The position numbers and the translations under genes are program-made. A stretch of DNA of 64,000 nucleotides from Trichosphaerium sp. ATCC 40318 (taxonomy: Eukaryota; Protista; Tubulinea): the NCBI GenBank assembly GCA_038496445.1, contig JALMLS010000360.1, positions 1 to 64,000 on the forward strand. Reading direction: 5' to 3'. The notes beneath the pieces are model-generated. The model made no database searches. It saw nothing but the letters and a program-made list of their open reading frames with translations, and had not been told where the DNA came from. Position 1 is the first letter of the stretch, and each line of letters begins with the position of its first letter. Positions 50,198-62,808 of the stretch are shown here, in pieces.

Positions 50198-53100
50198 ATG
50201 AACGTGATAGAAGGTGAAGCACGAAGTTTACTACACATCGAAAATCAGGAACCAGAGCTGGTAATAAATAATACGGTAAATGCGGTGCAAGGTTACCCCG
50301 GTTCAGTTATCTACGACGTGCTAAAGTACGTAAGCTTGCAGTGTAAAATAAGAGCAAATACACTCATTTTAACAGTAGTGGATGGTAAGACATCAATTTC
50401 TTTTATCGTCTATTCAAATTTTGAAGAGAACTGATCTTTACAAACGTACGTGCAGGATCCGTGTTAGTTACCAGTATTACGTATTTCCGATAAGTGCAAC
50501 AAAGGTCAAAATACAGCTTGTCTAAATAACAAAGTATAGCATTCAAAGAGCAAAATGTACCTAAGTGCCATTCTATCACGTAAGGTGACAAACTCAGTGA
50601 ACACTTGAACAAAAAAAGATCCAGACTCCGAAGAGCATACGGTGCATTGACCACTATGCAATTAGACCAAATGACTAGACCGAAGTCTAGCCTGGAATCG
50701 TACTAAGGCTCTGGCAAAGCGAGCAGATACTACTGCATCTATCGCTCAACACAAATTTTAAACGGGTAGTTGTCAATAAAAAATAACTTGGGAAAGCTCC
50801 TATTTGGCGGAAAGTGAAGTTAACAGCGCAACAGTGAGTTAACGACATATAAGTAAACTGAACTTTTGATGCTTTGATGAGTTTTCAAAATGACTTCGAC
50901 AACGCACAAAAAGGTGCCAAGACTATCGCTTATTCGCTCACTTACCTCCGCAATTACGTCTATATAGCATGCGGGTTAAATTTGTCTTTTGCGTTAATCT
51001 CTTCATACGACACTTTCGATTGTTGTTACTGGACTTCACCTGTTGTGTTGCCTAAATATTATGTCGTCTGTAACCAAAATACTTTAAATGGCAATAAACC
51101 AGCTTTAATTTGCATAATTTATTATACCTACGCCATTATACTACTCTAGCCAATATCTGTGGAGGTACTGGCCGAAAAATTAAGATTCTTGTTCTCTAAT
51201 ACATGTACATACGATATACGCACTAAAATACTCATTTCAAACCTTTAGAGACTTACTGGTTAATCGTACAACAAAATACACGTAAAGGTACTTGTTGCGC
51301 TCGCTCGACCACAAAGAGTGGCTTTGGGTGTTTTGAGGTGCTTTGTGTATCTGCCAGCCGTCAACACAATTCATGGTAAATGTGAGTGAGTAACGACTAA
51401 ATATCTATAAGCTAAACGCCAAGGCTGGTATTGTAAGCGATTGTGACGAAACAAATATCATTTTTGTACCTAGCCATCAGAAGCCGTCGCCATGGTGCTT
51501 AAAAACGCAAAAGTATTCGTGTGCGGATAAACAGGAGCCACAAATGGCACTTTAACATGTCGCGTCATGTATTAAAATGTTTTTAGTTTTGTTTCTGGTC
51601 TGATGGGTTTATACGCACTCAGCGGCCTAAAAAATGCGCAAGAGCGTGTAAAACAAGGTTTAGAAGGTAATGGGATAACCCACGTTTCTACCACCTGACA
51701 AACTGTTCATAACAATACGTTTTTAGGCGTCATCGTTGCGCTTATTGTTTGGCTGGTTAGTATTGCTTCAACCAAAAATGCTTCATCAAACACAAAATTT
51801 CGAACTTTGTTCACCTTCATGGTGCTTGTGCGTATTTGGTTTTGGCGTTACTCCAAGAATCTTGCCTTTATGCATTCTACATTTAGTATTGGGTTTGTTA
51901 TTGTACGCTCTTTCATAAAAGTCGTTTAAAACGCCCGCTAATAATACAATAATAGATTTCAGCGCTTATTGGATGCCTTGGAGTAGTTGGTTCAGTAACT
52001 ATTGCCCGTCCTAAAACAAAAAACGTTTGGCATTATCAGGCATTTCTAATGGTACAATACATTTAAAACGACATGTCAATAACGATTTTTATAACGACTA
52101 AAAAAAGAAAATTCGCCAAAAATCTGTTAGCGAATTGTAAAACGTGAATTTTATTTTACCTTTACGTACCGCGCATCTAATAACAATATTATATACATGC
52201 GGCCAGGTAGTAGTACATCACGAAAAAACTGAACGCTTTTTACTTTTTTATTTGAAATAATCAAAACACATTCTTCTTGTGAACCGTAGCGGCCTTGATA
52301 TTATTAACGTAAAATCTGTTTTGAACTTTGCTAAACGGGTTATTTTTACGTATTTTTTTTTGAATGAAATTAAAAGTAAAACGTGTCAACACTGTCCTTG
52401 TGGCTCAAAAACCGTTTTTTTACAAGAATTTATTTTTTATGTACTACGTTGATTTATTTTATTTATTGGGTGTTTTTTTGTAGACTGTAGCTGTTGCGTT
52501 GTTATTAGGGCCAACGCATGCAAGCCTTGAAAATATGGGGCTTAGCGCAAGTTGGTTGATATCTCCAGAATTCTATGTTATAGCTACGCATGCTACTGCG
52601 ATAGCGTTTGCAATGTTACATTGGCACGTAGATGGTAGTATTTTTTTGGGTATATCACTCTTTAGTATGGCTTTTTTCGAGGCTGTGCAGCTATTAGCTA
52701 TGGTGGAAGTACCATTAGACACAATGTATATATTTGTAGTATTGGCGAAAGTATTATCACTTCTGTGCACATTGAGCTCTTCAATGGAAACTAGCGTTAA
52801 GCCACGTGAACTTACAAGAGGAGGACTTAAAGCACCGTCTTCTCCACTTAGACCAAGACCTACTTTGGGTGAAATAAGAAAAACACAAGGAGTGTACTCG
52901 AAAAGTTATGTGCTTCCTAAACGACCAAGAACAGGGAGACCACATCACCACTCGCCACTTGATGACTTTGATAATGATAGTGCAGGATATCATCAATCAG
53001 ATTTACTGGAGGTTGTGGGTAGACACGTGAGAAACGAACTGGCACCGGCTTCTATGCTTGCGGAGGTAATTTATTTTGAATTATTTTATTCCTAACTTGT

Positions 53101-56100
53101 TGAGTTGTTCACACCTCCTTTTGCTTATTTTACTTTAAGTTTTTCCAATCTGGCACAGCTTCATTAGCTTCTATAACAGAACAAATACCTCAATTGAAGA
53201 AGTCTATTGATAATACGCTTAAAATTGTTACAACTTCAGTTGACTTTATTCGATTTTCTAAGATGACCAAAAGCGATATTCAAACTCCCTTCAGCATTGT
53301 TGCTGTACTTGAAAAAGTCATAGAGGGTAAAATAGATAAGAAGAATATTGATTTATTCTATACAATTGATAATGACGTACCTACAACATTACTTGGAAGT
53401 GCTAGTCATACAACTTACATTCTATCTCAACTTATTGATAATGCATTAACATTCACACATCACGGAAAAGTATGGATTAGAGTTAAAATGAGAGACAGTA
53501 GTTTTGTAGAGTTTCATGTACGTGATACTGGAACTGGTATTAATAAGGCACATCACGATCAGATATTTCATCAGTTCTTTACGACAAGGGAGCCTGGATG
53601 CGGTATAGTTTTTTCTTGGTCAATTTTCCTATTTTTTTCTTACTTACACTGATAGGTGTTGGTCTTGGTTTGGCTACTTGTAGATCAGTTTCTCGTCTTT
53701 TTAAGAATGGTTCAGTAGCACTATTAAAGTCTACGCATACTCTCGCTCAAGAAAATACAGACAGCAAGCTTGGATCTCATTTTTGCTTTTCGTAAGTTTA
53801 TTTTCAAAACACTTATATCTAATTAATAACACCTATTTTTAGCGCTCAGTATACTTTTAAATCTCCAGTAGAGACTTTTGCCGATTGTGCACAATGGAAT
53901 TCTTTACCAAGTTTACGCGTGTTGGTTGTTCAGAGGTGTGAAGAACTAGGCCAGGAGCTTTGCAATGTTTTGAAACAACTTGGCGCTGCCGAAGCTAATT
54001 TTGAAAGTAACCCTGAGTCAGCATATAAACAACTTGTGGTACGTCATGAAAAATACTGTCCTACAAAGTAAAGTTAATTTTTTCGAGCTAATTAAATTTA
54101 GAATGGTTGTGGTGAAGAAGGCGCTCCTTATACTCATCTATTGCTTGACATGTTATTAGAAAGTGATGCGTACGTTTGTTCTAAAATTCAAGAACCTTAA
54201 TGACTTATTATTACCATCACTCTGACCTACGTTTGTCTACTACAGCTGAAAACACGGCCTCTATTCTATTTACTTTAGACTAATAATTTTTTTTTAGTAA
54301 AAATGTTGTGAATGGTGCAGCGTATGCACGTCGTGTTAAGCTCAATCCAAAATTGAAAAATATAAAGATTGTTTTAACTCCGAATCCAAAGGATGTACCT
54401 TCTATGCAACCAGAGCATGTAGATGTTATAGCAGCAAAACCTATTTCTAGAGATAAATTGAGCTCTTTGATTGGTAAAAAGAAGAATAGCGCTCTAATCG
54501 ATGGTACGTTTCTTATTCTTATTTTTTTCCGAGAAAATTTATTTATTCGTTTTCAACTGGTATTTCGCAGTTTTTATGACAATTCATCGTATCATATCTC
54601 CGGCTATATTAGCGTCATGAGGAAAAAATAACATAAGATGAATCGTTATGTTCAAAAGCGAATGAAGGGTTTTTGTTCACCTGTTATTGAACTTTTGCAG
54701 TTTTTCATTGCAAGCAATTATTTATTGTGCTACTGTTTTTTTATGGTATTGATTTAATTCATTTGCTTAGGCTCTATCAAATCACAAATGTCTTTATCAG
54801 TACTTGTTGCTGAAGATAGTCCAACAAATATTATTGGTGCGTAACTTTGTAACAACAGTGAAAGCATTTTGGTTTTCTCTTTTTTTTCTTTTGGCTTTAA
54901 AGTTATGTACTTACAAGCAATTAGTACTCACAAAGACGTTGACCAATATGGGTCATCAGTACGTTTTATAATAATATATCAAAAGTAACATACTCTGTAG
55001 ATCCCATTGTGTGAAGGACGGTAAAGAAGTTCTTGATGAATATAAAAAAAATCACTCAAAATATCATATTGTTCTTATGGATTGCCTCATGCCTGTGATG
55101 GATGGATGGGAAGCTACTCAAAAGATAAGAGAATGGGAGAAAAGTCAAGGATTAGAACATAAGCCAATAGTCGCATTATCAGCTGCTTCTGATCCTGAAG
55201 ACATTGAAAGAGCTAATGAAGTTGGTATGGACCATTTTCTTATAAAGCCAGCAAAAAAACTTGAGCTGGAGAACTTATTCGCAACTGTTATTGGAAACTA
55301 TAAAGAAAAGAAAGATGCAGATGTATCTGTAAAAGAAGGCCCTCTATGTAAAGTTCTATGGGCTGATTCTAATACTGTCAGGTAGCGATCTTTTATCATA
55401 AGTTGTTTTATGAAAAATAGTTCCCTTTGTTCCTTTCAAACGTCTTTACTTCTCTTATCTGATATCAAATATTTGCGTGCTAAATACTTCTTTTTAATAG
55501 CTTTAAATTGGTGTCAATGATGTTACCTAACTTTGAGTTTGATTATGCAGAATCTGGAACAGAAGTAAGTTGTTTACAGATATCTTACAGTGCAGTTTCT
55601 AACCTTTTATAGTTGGTGAATACAGTAAAAGCACGATACAACCATTATGATGTCATTGTTATCGTAAGAACTCTCCTATGTTTAATTGTGTTGCCAAAAA
55701 CTCTAAAACCAGTGACATGGCTTGTCATGCATCCTTTCGTTTTTTTTTCAAAATGGAAAATTACGCCTTTCAGTATTGGTTTCTCGTTCATATTCCATCC
55801 CGCTTTGCTATGCTTGTTGACCTCAATATGGCCCCTTCTAACATTTTTTAAAGGCAGAACATATTGCTACTATGACAGGACGTCGATGTCTTGTAGACAT
55901 TCGTCGCTATGAAAAAGATGAAGGCATGCAATTCCAAAAGCCTGTCATTGGCTTTGCTACATCGACACACAATGCTGAAATGTGGTACCGATCTGGATGT
56001 AAATGTGTCATGGTTAAACCTATTGATTTGCCTCAACTAAAGACACACCTCGAGAGTCATATCCACGTATGTCGGACTTGTTTCCCGTCATCAAACCCAA

Positions 56101-58340
56101 ACTTAAGAAAAGTATTTTTTGGTCTTAGCGTTTCTCTTCTTTCACGTTTCTTATGATGTTATTTGCTCATATTTTATACTAGGGAGGCGCTAAACTACCT
56201 ACCGATAATGTCGTTGTGAGGAGAGTTTATGGTTTGAAGGTATTAGTGTTAAGCAATGATGCTGAGTTGGCGAACAAGTTATATCAGGATGTTGTTGATA
56301 GAGGACATGAATGTATTATTAGCCGTATAAGAAAACCAAAAGAGCTCACATACGTCAGTAAAGGGTCTTGTCATAGTGATAGAGACTTAGTACTTTATCA
56401 TATAAACTTGGACATGAAAGATATTGAGCTTGCTTCACCAACTGTACGCCAAAACCCAAGTTTCTCTTTTTTCTTCATTAGAAATTCCACGTGTTTAAAT
56501 TTTTTTTTCGCGCGTAGAGTCCTTGACTGTCTTTGTATTCTATAACTCATACTGTGTCTCTTTAGGCAAGACCTATTATAGCTCTATCTTCGAATCCAAG
56601 CAAGGAAGAAGAGGAAGCTGCCATTAAACTTGGGTTTGCTGAGTATGCTGCTATGCCTATTACAAACCAAAAGCTTGAGACTATTCTTCATGAAGTTGAA
56701 CGTAAACGTGTGCATTCTGTTAATGAGACGCATTTTAAACAACCAAGGAACCTATATAAACTTGAGCGTGAGTTCGAGAGTCTAAGACAACTGTTCAGGT
56801 ACAATATTATCAGTTTTTTACTGTGCTCTTTTTTTTTTTTGCCATGCCTCACACCTGTGTTTAGTAAATTCATTCCAATGGAGTATCAGCAACTTATTGC
56901 TCCAAGAGGTCTTGATTGTGTTAAGCTAGGAGATTATAGGTTCGTTTTAGTTCAAAAAATGAATGTTGAACCGTTTGTTTCTTCTTTTTTTTCTCTTTTT
57001 TTTTCGAGTTTGTGGAGCTCTACCTATCGCCTAACGTATAGTTTTGCAATGCAATACAGCAGAAATAACTTGATTTTGATCAGAGATAGGGTTTATACTA
57101 ATTGTTCGGTTAGGAGACATCGTATTACTGTATTGTTCAGTGATATTCGAGATTTTACAACTATGACAGAAGATATGGATCCTAAAGATGTTATTGAATG
57201 GATTAATAATTACAACGCCTTTGCTATAGCACCTATTTATCAGTATGGTGGATTTATAGATAAATTCATTGGAGACTCAATAATGGGTATGTACCAACAA
57301 AGTCAAACAGTGTCAACAACAAAAAGTTGGAGCATAATTTTTTTTTTTCCTTTGCATGCTTACTAACACTCTGCTCTTAGGTGTGTTTGCTAGTGATACA
57401 AGAACACAGCAAGAACGGTACAGTGACATTTTTTATTGTTTTGTTTGTTCAAGTGCATTGGCTGAGACTGTTTAGCGCCTTGTCTGCTGTTAGATGTGCC
57501 GTCAAAATGATTGAAAACCTGAATAAAATGTCTGCATCTTTACCTACTCTTAAAAGCGAGACTGGTATTGGTGTAAACACCGGAGATGTTATTATTGGTC
57601 TTATCGGTACTGATACACGTATGGAGACTACTGCACTTGGAGATGCTGTAAATCTTGCATCGCGAACTGAGTCGCTTTGCAAAAAGTAAGTTATCTTCAT
57701 TTTTTTTTTGGTTTGTAAAAGGCTTACAGCTCCTCATAACCTGGTTTGTAATTTTCTTGTAGATACAAAGCAAGGATTCTCATTACAGAGAGTACAAAGG
57801 CTGATATGGGTGGAAACGCAAATGACTTTGATCTACGTCTTGTAGACTATGTTTTTGTAAAAGGTAAAAAAAAGCCTTGTAAGATATACGAAGTAATGGA
57901 TGCTGATCCGTACGTAACCACCCCCAAGCTTACTCAAAATAATTCGAAAGCTATAAATACATGTACTAAAACCTACACAGACCTGAAATTAAAGAAAAGA
58001 AGCTAGCTATACTCACCAATTTTAACCAAGGTGTCGAAAGTTATAAAAACTCACAGTTGGCGAAAGCCAAATCTTGGTTTGAAGTACGTCAATCATACAA
58101 TGACTCCAGCAAATGCCTTTTTTGAATGTCATATCTTTGTACTTAAAAACAACCACGTGTTTTTCACGTGTTTTTTAATGTCTTGTCGCCAATGCTAATT
58201 TTTTTCTTTTTTTTTTTTTGTAGAAATGTCTTGAAGTCTACCCTGAAGATGAGCCTACAAAAATACTTCTTGAACGTGTTGTTAAAGGTCTAGAAGATCC
58301 AACTAATTTCAAATCTGTTACAGCTTTGAATTCGAAATAA
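50198..58340 (+). CDS. Membrane-bound hybrid His-kinase-like / four-receiver / class III adenylate cyclase (AcrA/ACB-like)
   Basis: Multi-TM region at ~51590-52790. Degenerate HisKA LLEVVGRHVRNELAP. HATPase ILSQLIDNALTFT...VRDTGTGI...GVGLGLAT. Four REC-like units, one canonical (VLVAED...VLMDCLMPVMDG...VALSA...LIKP). Cyclase TVLFSDIRDFTT...IDKFIGDSIM...GIGVNTG...TTALGDAVNLASRTES...VKGK. Stop at 58338-58340. The 5' exons and start are uncertain. Confidence 0.85.
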
Positions 58341-58583
58341 TAATACAAAATGACAGAAGAATCAAGCTATTATACCATGTACTTTAAATGTAATCCAATA
58401 AAACAAAAAAAAAATAGCTAATTAAAGAAAAAACACATTAATTAAACAGTACAACAACATTATCTTAACTAACTAACCTAACCCAATCAAATATATTTTT
58501 GACGAAATACAGCAGACTTATCTCAATCTGAGAACCTAATAGTAGGCGAAAATAATACAGAGTAGACAGGGTAAATTTGGAGC

Positions 58584-59483
58584 TTATTTCTCACAAACAA
58601 CTTTCAAAGGTGACTTTAACAGTCGGTTACCATCAATCCACATACACTCTTCCTTAAAAAATCCATTCCTATGCCATAGTCTAGTCTTGCCATGCCGTTT
58701 ACCATCAGCCCACATGCTGCGTTCCTTAAGTTGTCCGTTATAATACCATTTCATTCTTTTACCAAACAGTTTACCATCAACTAAAAAGCATTGTTTCAAA
58801 AGTTGTCCACTCTCAAGCCAATATTTGAGTTTGCCATGTCGTTTACCATCAATCCACATACACTGCTCCTTAAGTTGTCCATTTTCATGCCATGATTTAC
58901 ACTCACCATGTTTGTTATCATCAATCCACATACACTGGTCCTTAAGTTGTCCGCTTGCATACCATGTCTTACTCTCACCATGTAGTTTATTATCAATCCA
59001 CATGCCCTGCTCTTCAAGTTGACCATTTTTATACCATCCCCTAGATTCACCATGCTGTTTATCATTAGAAAATGTCCACTGTTCCTTAAGTTGTCCGCTT
59101 GCATACCATGTCTTACTCTCACCATGTAGTTTATTATCAATCCACATGCCCTGCTCTTCAAGTTGCCCATTTTTATACCATCCCCTAGATTCACCATGCT
59201 GTTTATCATTAGAAAATGTCCACTGTTCCTTAAGTTGTCCGTTCTCATACCATCCCTTAGCTTCTCCATGCTTTTTACCATCAACCCACATCCACTGTTG
59301 CTTAATTGTTCCACTTTTATACCACTGTATCCATGGTCCTTTCTTTTTTAATGCCTCATTAAAATGTGTATTGATTGCTGCTCTTTTTGATAGTGTATGA
59401 AACTTTGTAAATGCTTCCATGTTGAAAGTACAAATATACTGTTGAAGTTCACGTGGGATATCTAATAAACTCACTGAGTCCAA
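58584..59483 (-). CDS. Intronless F-box-like + MORN-variant repeat protein, copy 2 (no in-frame ATG before the F-box)
   Basis: SLLDIPRELQQYIC followed by ~10 repeats of 24 aa (WYxNGQLKEQxMWIDGKxHGExxx). The ORF opens on TTG. Confidence 0.75.
   Translation of the reverse strand: MDSVSLLDIPRELQQYICTFNMEAFTKFHTLSKRAAINTHFNEALKKKGPWIQWYKSGTIKQQWMWVDGKKHGEAKGWYENGQLKEQWTFSNDKQHGESRGWYKNGQLEEQGMWIDNKLHGESKTWYASGQLKEQWTFSNDKQHGESRGWYKNGQLEEQGMWIDNKLHGESKTWYASGQLKDQCMWIDDNKHGECKSWHENGQLKEQCMWIDGKRHGKLKYWLESGQLLKQCFLVDGKLFGKRMKWYYNGQLKERSMWADGKRHGKTRLWHRNGFFKEECMWIDGNRLLKSPLKVVCEK
58939..59226 (-). repeat. Recent 144-bp tandem duplication (two MORN repeats)
   Basis: 58939-59082 and 59083-59226 are identical except for one synonymous change. 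Confidence 0.92.
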
Positions 59484-59829
59484 TTTACAGTCTACATTTT
59501 TATGCTTTGCACTAGACTATAAAAAATTAGCGTGATTACGTATAATCATGAACGAAAGGTTGCTCTGTGCGCTACAAGAAGATTGTTACAGAATTCGAAG
59601 AAAAAGCTCAAAAAAAACTCCCCAAAATGAGAAGGTTGTCACGAATTTACCCTTACTGGCTAATTACAATAGCATGTAGTGGTTTTGCGTGTGTTTTACG
59701 TACCATATGTACTTAAATTACTAATCACAGTTAAAAAACGTTTGTGAAGTATATACAGTATGTTTCGCAAGGAGGAGAAGCTGTATATTGTAATTTAAAA
59801 TATGTTTATGATTAAGCCAAGCTTGCTTA

Positions 59830-60087
59830 CGGACCCACGTTTTTTCCGAATTTTTCCGAAAGAAAAAATTCGAAAAAATAGAATTCGATACAAAAACCGA
59901 ATGCCTATACCCACCAATGGATCACTATATGTGAGCGAAGGTCGGGTTCTAGTTCCAAGCACAGCGAGGACCCGACCGTAAGTGAACCAGGCGCTTTCTA
60001 GTTTAGTGGACTGCCCTAGCTATGCATCTTTCTACGAATTCTATTTTTTCGAATTTTGGTTTTCGGAAAATTCGGAAAAAAACTATA
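59830..60087 (-). mobile_element. ~255-bp MITE-like repeat, copy B (inverted relative to copy A)
   Basis: Reverse complement of 49138-49381 with small indels. Confidence 0.85.
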
Positions 60088-60620
60088 TCAGTTGTATACA
60101 CTGTCCTATGTACTAGGAGTTAGTCATGGTATTATTCCGGGTTGCAAAATATGGAAATGAAATCGTGTTTTTTGTTTATGAGTTTACAACTTGTTGGCTC
60201 CCAGGTTGGTGTCAAGATTAGTATATTGGCACATTACTATAGAAAGTTCTTAATCAGTATAGAATATGGTAGCATTGCGCTTATATTGCAAATGTATATG
60301 CATACAGCGTGTTGCAGTTTCAAAAGCGGAAGCCATAAATACAAAACATTCCATTTTATGCTGTAGACCTGTAAACAATCTATACTCCAATCTATGCTGT
60401 AAAGAGGATACCTATCAGTTCTCACAACAGTACAACCTGTAATGTGAAGCTATGATTTTTCGTATTGAACAGTAATGGTGGCCGATGCGAGGAGCAAGGG
60501 GAACTCATTAAACATTAAAAAAAAAAAAAACCACTATCGCTAATCCAGCATGTTCAATTCCACTACTGCGAGAAGGATTCTTAAGATTCCCCTTAAGTTT
60601 AATCAAATGTTTATTTGATA

Positions 60621-61176
60621 TTACGTAGCTACATGACACTGATAAGTGTCGTGCTACGAATGTAAGACAGCGCTCTCAGTGTAATTGTTATTGGCTACAT
60701 TTCTAAGCCGTGAACCTTAAGCTGGTGTAGTTTAGCGTCATACTGTTGCTGTGTTAAGAAACCAGCCTGAAAGTCTCCCCTGTAGGCATATTGTGAGCTA
60801 TAGTTTTAAGGAGCGTAACAAACAGAAAGGCCATTGTAATTAGTTGTATATACGCGTAGAACAATCTTTACGGCGATTTAACGAAAGATAAAACGGATTG
60901 CCTGTTGCTTCGTTTAAAACGTACTGTACGCGATGGAATTGTTGTAAGAGCGCTAGTTGATTCGATTCAACGGCTTTTTGGTCAGTTTGACGCTTTTCAG
61001 TTGTACCTAAGTGAAATTGCGTTACACTACATGTAATCGCCGATTCACATACCATCACGACCTGCTAGCGCATCGTAGTACTCATTCTTTTTACGCGCTT
61101 CAGCTGCTTTCTTTGCTTGCTGTTGCTTTAACCAATCATCAGCAGGGTTAGCATCTGACTCTCTAGAAACGCTCAT
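60621..61176 (-). CDS. Small 4-exon hypothetical protein (~105 aa)
   Basis: MSVSRESDANPADDWLKQQQAKKAAEARKKNEYYDALAGRD/GTTEKRQ...FHRV/HSQYAYRGDFQAGFLTQQQYDAKLHQLK/HDTYQCHVAT*. The three GT-AG introns keep the frame. Confidence 0.6.
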
Positions 61177-61343
61177 CTTGTTTTAGCTCTGAAATTCTAA
61201 AAACATTTAAGTCGTGCTAGAAACAAAGTCAGCATTGAAGTGGCCTGGCGTTAGCGCTAATTTGTCCAAAGAAATCTGACTAGTATTGACTGCGTGACAA
61301 CACGGTAGTTATTCTCAGGTACAAATCATTTACCGAATAGCGA

Positions 61344-62808
61344 ATGGATGATACACGCACGTGCGAGAACATAAAACAGAAACCTGTAAAAAATAAGTAC
61401 AGTACTACTTTTAAATTATTCTGGTACGTCATTATATCGCTTTCATACGCGTAAACTAATCTATACGAACAGCCTCTTGGTTGTTTTAAGTCTTTTATAC
61501 CTTATCATATCACTTCCTTCAACAGCAAGATCATTACGCACATACAAATTCTACGAGGCTGAAAAACAACCTATTGACGTCAAAAAACCCCCAACGCCTT
61601 CTATAGACTATTGCCCACCTTTCCTAAATGACTCTACTCTAAAAAGGGCTAAACTTGTATCTCAGGAACCAGATTTAAGTATTGATATTACTGACGCTTT
61701 AAACACGTGGGTAGAAAAATATCATTTGCCTGCCATTAAGAATCCTTCATTACCTTCATCAAAATTCTTATTGTATAGTAATACACATGCTGGATTTGGT
61801 AATAACTTCGAGGCTTTTGTAAGCGCGTTTACCGTTGCTGTTCTTACACAGCGTGCTTTTATTATCAAACCTTATGATCAAGCACAGTTTTTTATTGAAG
61901 TATGTACTTATATTCAAGGTGAGTTTTTCTCGTCTAACCTCGAAGGTGTTGATTATGATCGAGATTATAAAGCTACAGCTGGTTTTCTTAATAACACATA
62001 TGTTACATATCTGCCTTTCACGCAGATAGATTGGCACTGGGTATACTACTGTAACAACGCTGAAGTTGATTTGCTTTCAAAAAAAGTGATTGGAATGTCA
62101 GGAAATCAGTATATTCTACAGGGCATTCTTGCACAGCCAACAATGAGAAAAATATTCTATGACACGTTTGGAACGCATAAAGATGTGTTCCATCAAATAA
62201 CAAAAAAGATGTTGGTACCTGTACCTTGGATACAAAAAGACATTGAAGAATTCAAACAAGAATATTTTGAGAAAAATTATGTTATAGGGATTCATTTCAG
62301 AACAAAAGAACGTGAGATACCAGAAGGATATGAAAAAAGATTTCATAAAGTTGCAAGAGATATTACAGAAAAGATAGAGGATTCTCTTCCTAAAGGAATG
62401 AGAGTAAAGTGGTTTTTAGCTTCAGACTCAAATAAACTAAAACAAAAATGGGAAGAAAGATATCCTGATCATGCCATTACCTTTAGAAAGGAATACAAAC
62501 AAAAACATGGAGGCACGTGTTTGCTATGTACATGGCGCGTTCTAACCTTTTTATAAGGTTGTGCTGGAGCCATTGTAGATCTTTACTTACTATCTAGTTC
62601 AGATACACTTTTACTAACTCTTTGGAGCACATTTGGTTATGCAGCACAAGGGATGGCCGGTAAAATACCTTTTGTTATGTGGGATAAATGTCATAGATGG
62701 TATAGTGCTTATCCTTGTTACCATGAATGTTTTAATGGATACGACCATGCTGATGGACCTTGCAAAGAGAGATATAATGTCAACGAAATGTGTTTACCTT
62801 GTAGATAA
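61344..62808 (+). CDS. Type II membrane alpha-fucosyltransferase (GT37/GT23-NodZ-like superfamily)
   Basis: N-terminal TM (FKLFCLLVVLSLLYLII), then GFGNN...AVLTQRAF, motif I VIGIHFR, motif II WFLASDS and motif III AIVDLYLLSSSD...WSTFGYAAQG. Confidence 0.85.

Noticed and set aside
52720-52780. Rhodopsin-histidine kinase-cyclase (2c-Cyclop/HKR) call from LAKV
   Set aside because: It lacks the DxxxK aspartate and a recognisable helix-3 RYxxW motif. An AcrA/MASE-like membrane domain is more parsimonious.
58796-59400. Overlapping alternative-frame and antisense ORFs in the MORN gene
   Set aside because: They are by-products of the 72-nt repeat periodicity.
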